A DNA stretch of 64,000 nucleotides, taken from Candidatus Udaeobacter sp. (lineage in GTDB: Bacteria > Verrucomicrobiota > Verrucomicrobiia > Chthoniobacterales > UBA10450). Position 1 is the first letter of the stretch; each line of letters starts with the position of its first letter. Shown piece after piece: positions 45,939-56,520 of this stretch. A model generated the notes under the pieces. It was not told where the DNA came from and ran no database searches. It was given only the letters and a program-made list of their open reading frames with translations. Location: the NCBI GenBank assembly GCA_035938475.1, contig DASZGW010000045.1, positions 17,746 through 81,745 of the forward strand. Direction: 5' to 3'. A program made the translations under genes and the position numbers.

Positions 45939-48341
45939 TCACTCTTCCCGCAGGAGTTTGGATGGATCGACGGCAAGCGCTCGCAGGGCTGGAATAGCGG
46001 ACGCTGCAATGCCTAGCAGTATCATTATTAGCACCGCGCCGAGCACGACCACGGGATCTCGTGGGTTCGCTTGATATACAATCTGCGCCAGAAGGCGGCT
46101 GGCGAAGATGCCGGTCAGTAGCCCTGCTAGCGATCCCACTCCAAGCAGCACGATCGGTCGACCCACCGCTGTACTCAGTACGTGTTTCGCGCGCGCGCCT
46201 AACGCCATGCGGATGCCGAGTTCCTTCATCCGGCGACTCACGTTGTATGCCGCCATGCCGAAGATACCCGTCACCGCCAGCATCGACGCGAGAAGGCCCA
46301 TGACGCCGAGGGCTACGGTTGCCGCCCTGGCCGGGAACAACACATATGAAATTTTATCGAGCCAACTCTCAACGGTGACTAACGCATCCGGCTCGAGCGC
46401 GTGCAGCACTCGTTCGATGGCTGGCGCTATTTCATTCTGTGACCGATTCGACCGCACTACGAAAATCGGCTTGATCTCCTCGTTTTGCGACAACGGCAGA
46501 AAGACCGCCGGCTGCGGCGACTCCGTCACTTCGAAATACTTGCCGTCCTCCGCTACGCCCACGACTTCTCTCAAGTGGTCCAGGAAAATAAAACGTTGTC
46601 CAATTGCCGGTGTGTCGCCCCACATTTTCCGAGCAAAAGTTCGGTTCACGATCGCGACGTAGGGCGTGCTCGTGGTGTCACGCCATGAGACATCGCGCCC
46701 CTCCAAGAGTTGGGTGCCGGCAGTCTCAAGGTAGCCCGGCGAAATTGTAAAGCCGTAGGGTGACAGCACAGAATTGTTCAGCGTGAACTCTGTCGTCCCG
46801 GGCAGGAAAACCGGAATACCACGCAGCCCGCCGTAAAGTGGCGATCTACTTAACGCCCCGGCCGCCGTCACACCGGGGATGTCCCGCACCGCTTCAATCA
46901 TTGCTTTCTTTTTTTCGAGCGGCACGTTGCCTCCTTCCATCAGGCTGAAGTCGACGTCGGCCAGCATCACACCTTGAGGCTGGAATCCGATCGGAGCGTG
47001 CAGCATCCGCACCATGCTGCGCACCGCGACCAGCGAAGCGGTGACCAAGAGCATGCAGATCGCAATTTGTGCGCCTAACAAGAGGTCGCGCAGCGCAAAG
47101 CGGCGCGGCGTAATTGAATCCGCCGGTCCGCTCTCCATCGCCTGCAACGGACTGCTGTCCCACACTTTTCTCGCCGGAATTATTCCAAACAAGAGCGCGC
47201 TAACCAGGGTGAAGGTGAGAGCTACAAGACAGACACGCGTATCTACACTCACGGCCAGATGATTATTGGAGTCTCCTAACCGGCTCAGCAAATTCAACAG
47301 CAGACTTGCGGTGACCAGCCCTGCTGCACCGCCCAGAATCGACAACGCTATCGCCTCAGTCATCACTTGCCTAACGAGTCGCCATTGGCTCGCTCCCAGA
47401 GCCACCCGGAGCGCCAGTTCCCGGCTGCGATCGGCCGCGCGCGCCGCGAAAAGGCTGGCCAGATTGGCGCAAGCCGCTACCAACACCAGCAAAGCCAGCC
47501 CGGTCACGCTATAAAGAAATCCGCGAATAACGTCACCGTCTTCTGCCTGAAGTCCTGGTCGAACCAGACGCAGTGGCATTCCGGAATCGGTCTTTGGATA
47601 TTCCCTGGCCAATTGCGCCGCGATTGCGCTTAGATTTTCCGAAGCCTGCGGGGGCGTCACGCCTGGCTTGACACGGCCAAGCACCACCAAAGGTCTACCC
47701 GTCCGATCCTCCAGGTAAGCCCGCTCGAAGTAGTTTACGATCGGAATAAAATAGTCCGGCCAGACAAATTGCTCAGTGCCATGAAACGACGCCGGGGCCA
47801 CGCCGATTACAGTGAAGGGATCTTTATTGAGACGCACCGTTGTTCCAATGACACCCGGATCGGCGTTAAATGCGCTTCGCCAAAGATTATCGCTCAATAC
47901 AACATACGGCGCTGAGTTGGGACCATGCTCGTCGGCCGACTGAATGAACCGGCCCATCTCTGGTTGCACGCCCAGCATTTCGAAGTAATTGCCGGTAACC
48001 GCATAGCCAGAGATACTTTTCACGGCTTTACCGCCGCTCAATCTCGCCTGGCAATATCCGTAAAAGCCGGCCAGTTCACTAAAGCTGGTGTTCCGCTGCC
48101 CATAGTCTTGAAATGCGGGATAAGATGTAGTGAGCAGCTTGCCGTGATTCCGCGGCTTCAGGCGAATCTGGTAGAGATTCTGTGGGTCGCTCACATCCAG
48201 CGGGTGCAGCAGGACCGCATTGATGACGCCGAAGACGACAACGTTTGCCCCGATGCTCAACATCAAACTTAGCAAGGCGACGAGCGTAAACGCGGGAGAC
48301 TTCCAAAGCATTCGCAATGCAAATCTTAAATCCGCGATCAC
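45939..48341 (-). CDS. ADOP-like duplicated FtsX/MacB-type ABC permease, paralogue 1
   Basis: DLRFALRMLWKSPAFT signature and two (periplasmic domain + FtsX 4-TM) modules. Start uncertain: GTG at 48341 gives the canonical N-terminus, whereas the track start at 48437 overlaps the upstream gene by 70 nt. Confidence 0.8.
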   Translation of the reverse strand: MIADLRFALRMLWKSPAFTLVALLSLMLSIGANVVVFGVINAVLLHPLDVSDPQNLYQIRLKPRNHGKLLTTSYPAFQDYGQRNTSFSELAGFYGYCQARLSGGKAVKSISGYAVTGNYFEMLGVQPEMGRFIQSADEHGPNSAPYVVLSDNLWRSAFNADPGVIGTTVRLNKDPFTVIGVAPASFHGTEQFVWPDYFIPIVNYFERAYLEDRTGRPLVVLGRVKPGVTPPQASENLSAIAAQLAREYPKTDSGMPLRLVRPGLQAEDGDVIRGFLYSVTGLALLVLVAACANLASLFAARAADRSRELALRVALGASQWRLVRQVMTEAIALSILGGAAGLVTASLLLNLLSRLGDSNNHLAVSVDTRVCLVALTFTLVSALLFGIIPARKVWDSSPLQAMESGPADSITPRRFALRDLLLGAQIAICMLLVTASLVAVRSMVRMLHAPIGFQPQGVMLADVDFSLMEGGNVPLEKKKAMIEAVRDIPGVTAAGALSRSPLYGGLRGIPVFLPGTTEFTLNNSVLSPYGFTISPGYLETAGTQLLEGRDVSWRDTTSTPYVAIVNRTFARKMWGDTPAIGQRFIFLDHLREVVGVAEDGKYFEVTESPQPAVFLPLSQNEEIKPIFVVRSNRSQNEIAPAIERVLHALEPDALVTVESWLDKISYVLFPARAATVALGVMGLLASMLAVTGIFGMAAYNVSRRMKELGIRMALGARAKHVLSTAVGRPIVLLGVGSLAGLLTGIFASRLLAQIVYQANPRDPVVVLGAVLIMILLGIAASAIPALRALAVDPSKLLREE

Positions 48342-48367
48342 TGTTTCCCCTGTGCCATTGAACCCGA

Positions 48368-50818
48368 TTACTCGGAGCGCAGTGCCTGCATCGGATCGAC
48401 GCGCATGGCGCGTCGCGCCGGAATATAGCAGGCGCATAATGCGGTTGCTGCCAAGGTCACAGTTGCGATGAACATAGTCCTCAGATCAGTCGTGCCGACG
48501 CCGAAAAGAAGACTTTGCAAGAGACGAGAGCAGGCGAACACGCCGATTAAGCCGACCAGCACACCGATGCCAACAAAGCGCATACCCTGGCCGATGATGA
48601 GACGCAGCACGTCGTAACGTTGCGCGCCGAGCGCCAGGCGAATTCCGATCTCCTGCGTCCGCTGCGTGACCGAGTAGCTCATCACTCCAAAAATTCCGGC
48701 CGCTGCCAGAAGTAGTGCAATGAGCGCAAACAAACTGACCAGCATCGCGTTCAAACGCGGCTGTGCGATCGACTGGGCCCGGTAATCGGCAAGCAAGCGC
48801 GGCCGATAAACCGGCACCTCCTTGTCGATCTCGCCCACGGCACGACGCAGAGCCGTTATCATCGAACCCGAGTCAACCTGCGTTCGCATAAAGATCGACA
48901 GCGACTGAATGGCGAACTGCGGATACGGAACATAAATCTGTGGCTTGGGCGGAACCTTAAGACTGACCAGGTTCATATCGCCCACCACGCCGATGATTTC
49001 GCGAACGGGCGGTTTGCCAGACTCGACCGAGCCGTCTGGAATGATCCGCTTGCCGATCGGATCTTCGCCATGAAAAAACTGCTTCGCAAAAGCCTCCGTC
49101 ACAATTGCGACGGGAGGCGCATTTTTGTCGTCCCGCTCGGTGAACCAGCGACCTTTGCGCAAGGGAACTCGCACGGCTTTGAAATAATCAGCTGTGACCG
49201 CATTAAATTGTGCCACTGGCTGCTGACCTTTTGGTACTGGATGAGCATCGAAATTGAAGGCGAAACTGATTTCACTGCCGCTGAGCGGAATCCACCATGC
49301 CGCCGCAACCGACTGCATTCCGGGCTGGCTGGAAAGGCGTTCCAGCAACTTTTTGTAAAAAGCGGCTGCCTGTTCCGGCTTACCATAATTTGTTTGGTTC
49401 AGCGCTACCCGTGCCGTCATGACATTCGTCACATCAAACCCGCCAGGAACTCTTTGAAGACGAATAAAACTTTCGACCAGCAATCCGGCGCTCGCGAGCA
49501 GGACCAGCGCGAGAACGATTTCGACTACGACGAGCGCAGCGCGGGTGCGATGCGTGCTCGCGCTTTGGCTTGCACCGCGGGGAGCTTCGTTGAGCGACAC
49601 GGCAAGATTCGAACGTGATGCGCGCCACGCTGGAAATAAACCGGAAATAATTCCGACTCCAAGACTGGCAATGGCCGTAATGACAAGAACCAGAGGGTCC
49701 GGTGAAATTTCGTCAATCCGTGGAATGCTCGGCAGAAATGCTTTCAGCGAATCAATTCCCCAGATCGCAACCACTAATCCGGCGAGACCGCCCAGAGCGC
49801 CGAGCAACGTACTTTCGGCGAGCAATTGTTTAATAATCCGCCAGCGGCCGGCGCCGAGCGCGGCACGGATGCTTATTTCCCGATTGCGCGAAAGTGAACG
49901 CGCCAGCAACAGATTCGCGACATTGACGCAGGCGACGAGCAGCACGCAGCCGGCCATCGCACACAACATCAGTAACGCGGAATGCGTGCTACCGATCATG
50001 GCGCTGATCTCTGGAATGACTTTCGCGCCGGTGTGCAGCTTTGAGTCCGGATATTGTTGACGCCAGTTTGCGGTAATGCTGTCGATGTTCGCCTGCGCCT
50101 GCTGGATCGAGACGTTTGGTTTCAATCGTGCGACGCACCCAAAAAAATCGTTGTCCCGCTGTTCCGTCATCGGCGGCGAGCCATCCTTCGACTCGCGCAA
50201 GGTCGACATCGAGACCCAAAGTTCCGGCGAAACCGCCGCAATCGGAAAAGTAAACCGTGAGGGCATCACCGCCACTACCTCGAACTGCTGACCATCGAGC
50301 GTAACGGTTTTACCGACAATGTTGCGATCAGCCCCAAATCGGCGTTGCCACAACGCATGGCTCAAAATAACCACATGATTTCCGGGATTATCTTCGTTAG
50401 GCAAAAACGTACGGCCAAGAAGCGGTTGAACTCCGAGCAACGGAAACAAATCGGCCGATACTGATTCGCCTTGAACATGCAGCGCTCCATTTCCATCGGT
50501 GAGCGTGCTCACGCCTTGGTTGGTATAAAGCGCAATCCGCTCGAAAACCTTGTTCTGGTTACGCCAGTCAACGTAATCGAGGTACGAGATCGAATTGATA
50601 TCCGTTCCCGGATCGGCTTTTTCGCGGGTATCATATTCGCCGATCGCGACGAGATTTTGTGGTTGGCGGAAGGGCAGCGGCCGCAATAACACTGCGTTGA
50701 GTACGCTGAACACCGCAGTGTTGGCACCAATCCCAAGCGCAAGCGTTAGCACCACGACACAAGTAAATCCCGGAGATTTGCCGAGTTGGCGCAGCGCGAA
50801 TTTCAAATCACCGATCAT
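48368..50818 (-). CDS. ADOP-like duplicated FtsX/MacB-type ABC permease, paralogue 2
   Basis: MIGDLKFALRQLGKSPGFT ... PARRAMRVDPMQALRSE. The ATG at 50818 overlaps the ATPase TGA stop (ATGA). Confidence 0.85.
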   Translation of the reverse strand: MIGDLKFALRQLGKSPGFTCVVVLTLALGIGANTAVFSVLNAVLLRPLPFRQPQNLVAIGEYDTREKADPGTDINSISYLDYVDWRNQNKVFERIALYTNQGVSTLTDGNGALHVQGESVSADLFPLLGVQPLLGRTFLPNEDNPGNHVVILSHALWQRRFGADRNIVGKTVTLDGQQFEVVAVMPSRFTFPIAAVSPELWVSMSTLRESKDGSPPMTEQRDNDFFGCVARLKPNVSIQQAQANIDSITANWRQQYPDSKLHTGAKVIPEISAMIGSTHSALLMLCAMAGCVLLVACVNVANLLLARSLSRNREISIRAALGAGRWRIIKQLLAESTLLGALGGLAGLVVAIWGIDSLKAFLPSIPRIDEISPDPLVLVITAIASLGVGIISGLFPAWRASRSNLAVSLNEAPRGASQSASTHRTRAALVVVEIVLALVLLASAGLLVESFIRLQRVPGGFDVTNVMTARVALNQTNYGKPEQAAAFYKKLLERLSSQPGMQSVAAAWWIPLSGSEISFAFNFDAHPVPKGQQPVAQFNAVTADYFKAVRVPLRKGRWFTERDDKNAPPVAIVTEAFAKQFFHGEDPIGKRIIPDGSVESGKPPVREIIGVVGDMNLVSLKVPPKPQIYVPYPQFAIQSLSIFMRTQVDSGSMITALRRAVGEIDKEVPVYRPRLLADYRAQSIAQPRLNAMLVSLFALIALLLAAAGIFGVMSYSVTQRTQEIGIRLALGAQRYDVLRLIIGQGMRFVGIGVLVGLIGVFACSRLLQSLLFGVGTTDLRTMFIATVTLAATALCACYIPARRAMRVDPMQALRSE

Positions 50819-51486
50819 TCGCCTTTCACAATCCAACCGTCGCGCAGTTGAATGACTCGTTTGCCATAGGAGGCATTCTTCTCGGAGTGCGTGACCTGCA
50901 CAATTGTCATGCCTTCATCATTGAGCTTGCGAAACAGCTCCATGATCTCTTCGCCTTGGCTGGAGTGCAGGTTTCCGGTCGGTTCGTCGGCGAGGAGCAG
51001 TTTTGGTTCGGCGATGATCGCTCGCGCAACGCCGACCAGCTGCTGTTGTCCGCCGGAGAGCTGACTCGGATACAAATCCTTTTTGCCTACCATTTGGAAA
51101 CGATCGAGCATGTCCGCCACCATCGCGGCACGTTCGCTCTTTTTGTAGTGTCGATATGACAGTGGGATATCGAGGTTTTCGTAAACCGTGAGATCATCAA
51201 GCAAGTGATACTGCTGGAACACGAACCCGATCTGCTCGTTGCGCAACGTGGCGCGTTCCTTCGGCTTCAAATGATGCACGCCGGTTCCACCCAAAAAATA
51301 TTCACCGCGCCAGCCGTGATCGTGCATCCCAAGGACGTGGAGCAGCGTTGATTTACCCGCGCCGGAAGGCCCCATGATCGAGACAAAGTCTCCTTCCTCG
51401 ACCTCCAGGTTGATGTCGCGCAAGACGAAAAAAAACTTCTCCTTCGCCAGGGGATAAGAGCGTTCAAGATTTTTAAGTTTGATCAT
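50815..51486 (-). CDS. ABC transporter ATP-binding protein (MacB/LolD-type NBD, stand-alone)
   Basis: Walker A GPSGAGKST, Q-loop, signature LSGGQQQ, Walker B LLLADEPT, H-loop VTHS. Confidence 0.9.
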   Translation of the reverse strand: MIKLKNLERSYPLAKEKFFFVLRDINLEVEEGDFVSIMGPSGAGKSTLLHVLGMHDHGWRGEYFLGGTGVHHLKPKERATLRNEQIGFVFQQYHLLDDLTVYENLDIPLSYRHYKKSERAAMVADMLDRFQMVGKKDLYPSQLSGGQQQLVGVARAIIAEPKLLLADEPTGNLHSSQGEEIMELFRKLNDEGMTIVQVTHSEKNASYGKRVIQLRDGWIVKGE

Positions 51487-51492
51487 GGTAAA

Positions 51493-53964
51493 TCAACCGT
51501 TGTTACCAAGCGCGATCATCGGATCAGCGCGACTGGCGCGCAGAGCGGGGAGATAGCTCGCCAGCAAGGCGATCGTAGCGAGTACGACTGTGACAAGAAC
51601 GAATGTCGCCAGATCGAATGCGTCGATGCCATAAAGCAAGACTGAGAGAGCGCGCGTGGAGATGAGAGCGAGAAGAAGCCCAATTCCGGTACCAATGCCG
51701 ACAAGTTTCAGCGCGTGGCCAATGACCAGAGCTAGCACATCGCGCGCTTGTGCGCCGAGCGCCATGCGCACTCCGATCTCGTGCGTCCGTTGAACGACCA
51801 GATACGACATCACTCCATAAATTCCAACAGAGGCGAGCAATAGCGCAACGCCGGCGAACACTCCCAACAACAGAACCGACATGCGGCGCGGTCCAATCGA
51901 GTCGGAGATAACTTGTTCGAGTGTGCGCACGTTGGCGACGGGCTGATCAGGATCAATCGATAGTAACTCGCGACGGATTGCATGTGTTAAGGTGCGCGGA
52001 TCTTGCGAACTGCGGACAGCCAACACCATGAACCGTGATGGCAGCTGCGTGTGCGGCACATAGAATTCCGGTTTTGCATCCAAATCGAGAGCGCGATGTT
52101 TAATGTCACCCACAATTCCAACAACCGTCGTCCATTGGGGATTCTGATCGCTAAAGGAAATCCGTTTGCCCAAAGCATCTTCGTTAGGCCAGTACTTCCG
52201 CGCAAAGGCGCGATTAATGATAATAACCTTCGAGGAGTCGACCGTGTCGGAATCAGAAAAAAAGCGGCCTTTCAGTAGCGGCGTCTGTAGTACCCGAAAA
52301 TAATCGGGTGTTATTACGCGAATTTCTTCGTCTGGTGAAACCTTTTCCTGGCTTGAATTGCGGCCTTCGATCACGAATGAATAATCGTTGTTCGATCCGC
52401 TTAGCGGGAGCGCGGAGACAAATGCTGCGTGTCCCACTCCTGGCAAATTCGCGATGCGTCGCCTCGCTTCGGCAAAGAAGTTGATTGTTGCGATCCCACC
52501 AACGTAGTCGTCGTTCGCCGGCGGCGGATATTTCAGTTGCGGCAACGCGAGCTCCATCGTCAGGACGTTGTGTGAATCGAATCCTGGGTTGACTGCCTGG
52601 AGACGCATAAAGCTCGTCATAAGCAAGCCCGCGCCAATTAGCAGAACCAACGCCAGCGCGATTTCTGCGATGACCAGTCCGTTGCGCACTCGATTTGACC
52701 GCGCGCCGCTGGTTGATCCGCGACCGCCTTCTTTCAAAACCTCCGTCAACTCCGGTCTGGCGCTCGATAACGCCGGAATCAATCCGAACAGAATTCCGCT
52801 TCCGATAGCAACTGAAGCGGTCACGAACAATACCGTCCAATCAAGCGTCACTTCATTCAGCCGCGGAATGGTGCGCGCACCGAGGTGTTTAAGAACGTCC
52901 AGACCCCACACCGCCAACAATACGCCGACCGTCCCGCCTATCAGAGCTAGCGTCACACTTTCGGTTAACATTTGGCGCAACAGCCGAGACGGGCTTGCGC
53001 CAACTGCGACGCGAATAGCGAGTTCCCGCTCGCGCGCGCTCGCCCGAGCCAGCAGCATCGTCGCAAGATTTGCGCATGCGACGAGCAAGACCAGCGCGAC
53101 GGCTCCAAGCAAAATAAAAAGGCCGTCGCGCATTCCGCCCGCAACCTGTTGCTGCAACGGATAAATTTTCGCGCCGAAACTGCTGAAATCCCCGTAGTTC
53201 TTTGGATGCTGCCGCTTCCAATCAGCGGTAATCGTACTGACTTCGGCCTGGGCGCTCGAAACGCTCGCATCGGCGCGCAGTCGGGCGATCACGCCGTAGC
53301 TGCGCGAGCCGCGCGATTCCAATTCGCCCTTTGTAAACGCGATCGGCTTCCAGATGTCGGCTCGTTCGGTAAACTGCATCCCTTGAATATTGAAAAGAGG
53401 AAGCGGGAACTCGAAACGCGCCGGCATGATTCCGATCACTGTATAACTGCGGCCATTCAAATAGAGTTTGTTTCCGATTAAGGCGGGATCGGAATTGAAT
53501 CGCCGTTTCCATAAACGTTCGCTGATCACGACTACGTCGTCACGACCTTCGCCAAATTCTTCCTGCGCAAATGTACGGCCTTTGATCGGCTCGATCCCGA
53601 GCAGCGGAAAAACGCTCGGCGAAACAACGGCGCCTTGGACACGCTCTGGAAGATCAGCTGTTTTCAAATTAAAGCTCGCGGAAACGAACGCGGCGATTCG
53701 CTCGAAACTGTGCGCCTGTTTTTCGTAATCGAGATACTCAGGCACAGAAACTGGGATGCGCTCCAGACCCTGCGAGGGGAATTGCTCCCACAGCAAAACC
53801 AGCCTTGAAGAATCTTGATATGGAAGAGGCTTCACGAGAAGCCCGTTGATCAAGCCGAAGACAGCGCTATTCGCACCAATCCCCAGCGCGAGTGTGAGGA
53901 CGGCGACGGCAGTAAAACCGGGAGATTTTGCAAGCTGGCGGAGCGCGTATTGAAGATCGGTCAT
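51493..53964 (-). CDS. ADOP-like duplicated FtsX/MacB-type ABC permease, paralogue 3
   Basis: MTDLQYALRQLAKSPGFT ... PALRASRADPMIALGNNG. ATG at 53964 preferred over the 30-codon extension. Confidence 0.85.
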   Translation of the reverse strand: MTDLQYALRQLAKSPGFTAVAVLTLALGIGANSAVFGLINGLLVKPLPYQDSSRLVLLWEQFPSQGLERIPVSVPEYLDYEKQAHSFERIAAFVSASFNLKTADLPERVQGAVVSPSVFPLLGIEPIKGRTFAQEEFGEGRDDVVVISERLWKRRFNSDPALIGNKLYLNGRSYTVIGIMPARFEFPLPLFNIQGMQFTERADIWKPIAFTKGELESRGSRSYGVIARLRADASVSSAQAEVSTITADWKRQHPKNYGDFSSFGAKIYPLQQQVAGGMRDGLFILLGAVALVLLVACANLATMLLARASARERELAIRVAVGASPSRLLRQMLTESVTLALIGGTVGVLLAVWGLDVLKHLGARTIPRLNEVTLDWTVLFVTASVAIGSGILFGLIPALSSARPELTEVLKEGGRGSTSGARSNRVRNGLVIAEIALALVLLIGAGLLMTSFMRLQAVNPGFDSHNVLTMELALPQLKYPPPANDDYVGGIATINFFAEARRRIANLPGVGHAAFVSALPLSGSNNDYSFVIEGRNSSQEKVSPDEEIRVITPDYFRVLQTPLLKGRFFSDSDTVDSSKVIIINRAFARKYWPNEDALGKRISFSDQNPQWTTVVGIVGDIKHRALDLDAKPEFYVPHTQLPSRFMVLAVRSSQDPRTLTHAIRRELLSIDPDQPVANVRTLEQVISDSIGPRRMSVLLLGVFAGVALLLASVGIYGVMSYLVVQRTHEIGVRMALGAQARDVLALVIGHALKLVGIGTGIGLLLALISTRALSVLLYGIDAFDLATFVLVTVVLATIALLASYLPALRASRADPMIALGNNG

Positions 53965-53995
53965 ACGAGCGCAATCAATAATTTGGCAAGTCCAT

Positions 53996-56458
53996 TCATT
54001 CCGCGCGCAGTGCTTCGATGGGGTCCACTCGGCTCGCACGCCGCGCGGGCACAAAACAGGCGATCAGCGCCACCAGCGAAAGCGTTAGTAGAGCACTGAT
54101 GAGCGCCGCCGGGTCCAACGGCGCGACGTTATACAGGACGCTTGTCAGAGCGCGGCTGACAACAAACGCCCCGAGTAATCCAGCAGCCAGTCCGATCCCG
54201 ACCAAAACAGCCCCTTGACCAAGGACAAGTCGCAGGACATCACCGCGGCTGGCACCGAGGGCAAACCGAATGCCGAGCTCGCGTGTGCGTTGGGTGACAA
54301 TTAATGCCATTACGCCGTAAAGCCCGATACTCGCGAGAATCAGCGCGAGTCCCGCAAATACGCCGAGCAATGTCATCGTCAGACGCCGCGAAGCGAGGCT
54401 GTCGTCGATGTTTTCTTCCATCGTGGCGATTTCGGTCACGGCCTGGTTACGATCTAGCGTTGCGATTTGGTCTTTGATCGGACTGACCAGGGAGTGCGGA
54501 TTCAATCCTGCTTTCGCGCGGACGATCAGGTTCTGCTCGCCTTTCGCAAACTGCGACGCGCTGAAGTACATCATCGGCAAATTCCGAACATCAATTTTGT
54601 CGCCCGGCGCATTGTTCCGGGTGTGCGGCACGATTCCAATGATGGTCAGCGGAACGCCCCCCGAAATGTTATCTGTTATCGTAACCGGATCGTCGATCTG
54701 TTTGCCGATCGGGTCGGTGCCCGGAAAAAATTTTTGGGCGGCAAGCTCATCGATCACCACTGTTCCCGGACGACCGTTCACGTCTTCCAGGCCAAAATTT
54801 CTGCCGCGCAAAATCGCCATCCCAAGGCCGCGAAAGTAATCCGGTGAAACAATCGCCATCTCGCTGGTCGGCTCCTGACCGTGAGGATCAGGAGGCGTGC
54901 CGGTAATATGAAATGAACTGTCCCATTCGTGATGATCAAATGGCGCATTGTTGCAAACCGCCGCGGCGCTCACACCGGGAAGTCGTCCCACTTTCTCAAC
55001 CAATTGATCGTAAAAACGAACGATCTTCTCCGGCGAAGCGTAACGCGATGGCGGCAACGCAATGCTCATGGTTAAAACACCCCGTGGATTGAATCCAAGC
55101 GGTACCTGCTGCGAGCGCCAGAAGCTCTTCAACGTTAAGCCCGCCGCTGCGAGCAACAGGACCGCAAGCGCAACTTGTGCAATCACGAGCACTCCGCGGG
55201 CGCGCTGTCGTTGCGCCCCGCTGGTGCCGCGTGCGCTCTCTTCATGTAACTCGCTCGCCACTGAGGCGGTGTTCGAAACGCGAAAAGCGGGCCAGATTCC
55301 AACGAGCAACCCGCCCACCACTGAAATAACTGTTGTGATCCCAAGCACGAGGCCGTCGATATTGGTTTCCTGAAATCGCGGCACGTTCGGCGGAAGGAGC
55401 GCGCGAATCGTGTCCAGACTCCAGACGGCGATTAGCACAGCACAAATGCCGCCTAACAAAGCAACCACTCCGCTTTCGACCAACATCTGGCGAGCAAGAT
55501 CCCAGCGGCTCGCACCAAGCGCGGCACGTACCGCGAGTTCTTTGCGCCGCGCAAGACCACGCGCGAGCTGAAGATTCGCCACATTTGCGCACGCGATCAA
55601 AAACACGCAAGCTACGGCCGCAAGTAGCACACCAAGAAGATATCGGTATTCGCCTACTGAATATTCGAGCAGCAACTTTGCGGAAACCTGCCGGCCGGTG
55701 TTCGAATCCGGATACCGCCGCGAAAGATCAGCCGAGATAGTATCGAGCTCCGCGATTGCCTGCTTCAATGTCGCGCCCGATTTCAGGCGGCCCAGGCACG
55801 AAAAAGCATCGTGATTTCCACGCGACAGAAAATCGTGATCAGCGCGCAAATCGGCCAGTGGCAGAAAAACGTCGCAGTTTCGCGGGAAACGAACGCGCTC
55901 CGACACAACGCCGATAATCTCGCGCGGCACGCCATCGATATTTAATCGTTGTCCGATTGCGATCGGCAATGCGCCAAATTGCTTCCTCCAAACTCGTTCG
56001 CTGATGAGGGCTACTTTCGCCGCGCCAGGGACATCATCGCCCTCTACAAAATCACGGCCGATCAGCGGCGGGACCTGCAAGATCGACAAATAATTTGCGG
56101 TAATGCGGCCGGCTCGAATTGCTTCGGGCGGCGATGTGCCGTCGGAAGCAGAGAGGCTCACACCCTCCGTCCTTGCCAGTGCGAGATCAGTGAAGCTTTT
56201 CTGCGCGGCCCGCCAGTCGAGATAATTCATGTAACTGACCGAGCCCGATTCGAAACCGGATGGCCCGAGTAATCTCTCACGCAGCAACACCAGTTGCTCT
56301 GAATGTGGATAAGGCAGCGGCCGCAACAGCACCGCGTTAACAACGCTAAAAATCGCAGTGTTCGCGCCGATACCGAGCGCAAGCACGAGAACGGCGATGA
56401 ACGCGAACCCCGGTTGCTTGAACAGTTGACGCAAAGCGAATCGAAGATCTTTAAGCAT
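53996..56458 (-). CDS. ADOP-like duplicated FtsX/MacB-type ABC permease, paralogue 4
   Basis: MLKDLRFALRQLFKQPGFA ... PARRASRVDPIEALRAE. ATG at 56458 preferred (TTG at 56464 in the track). Confidence 0.85.
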   Translation of the reverse strand: MLKDLRFALRQLFKQPGFAFIAVLVLALGIGANTAIFSVVNAVLLRPLPYPHSEQLVLLRERLLGPSGFESGSVSYMNYLDWRAAQKSFTDLALARTEGVSLSASDGTSPPEAIRAGRITANYLSILQVPPLIGRDFVEGDDVPGAAKVALISERVWRKQFGALPIAIGQRLNIDGVPREIIGVVSERVRFPRNCDVFLPLADLRADHDFLSRGNHDAFSCLGRLKSGATLKQAIAELDTISADLSRRYPDSNTGRQVSAKLLLEYSVGEYRYLLGVLLAAVACVFLIACANVANLQLARGLARRKELAVRAALGASRWDLARQMLVESGVVALLGGICAVLIAVWSLDTIRALLPPNVPRFQETNIDGLVLGITTVISVVGGLLVGIWPAFRVSNTASVASELHEESARGTSGAQRQRARGVLVIAQVALAVLLLAAAGLTLKSFWRSQQVPLGFNPRGVLTMSIALPPSRYASPEKIVRFYDQLVEKVGRLPGVSAAAVCNNAPFDHHEWDSSFHITGTPPDPHGQEPTSEMAIVSPDYFRGLGMAILRGRNFGLEDVNGRPGTVVIDELAAQKFFPGTDPIGKQIDDPVTITDNISGGVPLTIIGIVPHTRNNAPGDKIDVRNLPMMYFSASQFAKGEQNLIVRAKAGLNPHSLVSPIKDQIATLDRNQAVTEIATMEENIDDSLASRRLTMTLLGVFAGLALILASIGLYGVMALIVTQRTRELGIRFALGASRGDVLRLVLGQGAVLVGIGLAAGLLGAFVVSRALTSVLYNVAPLDPAALISALLTLSLVALIACFVPARRASRVDPIEALRAE

Positions 56459-56520
56459 AAGCAAGTCGTTGTTTTATTCAGTCCAAAACGATTTGGCTGG
56501 GGATTCGAAAGGCATAGTCA

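Noticed and set aside
48342-48437. N-terminal extensions given by the ORF track for several genes: 48437, 54054, 61601 and 63957 (ADOP copies), 28420 (NTP transferase), 14307 (panB) and 14907 (folK).
   Set aside because: The extensions overlap the upstream gene or run through repeat elements. They also precede an internal start that yields the conserved family N-terminus, so the internal starts were used.
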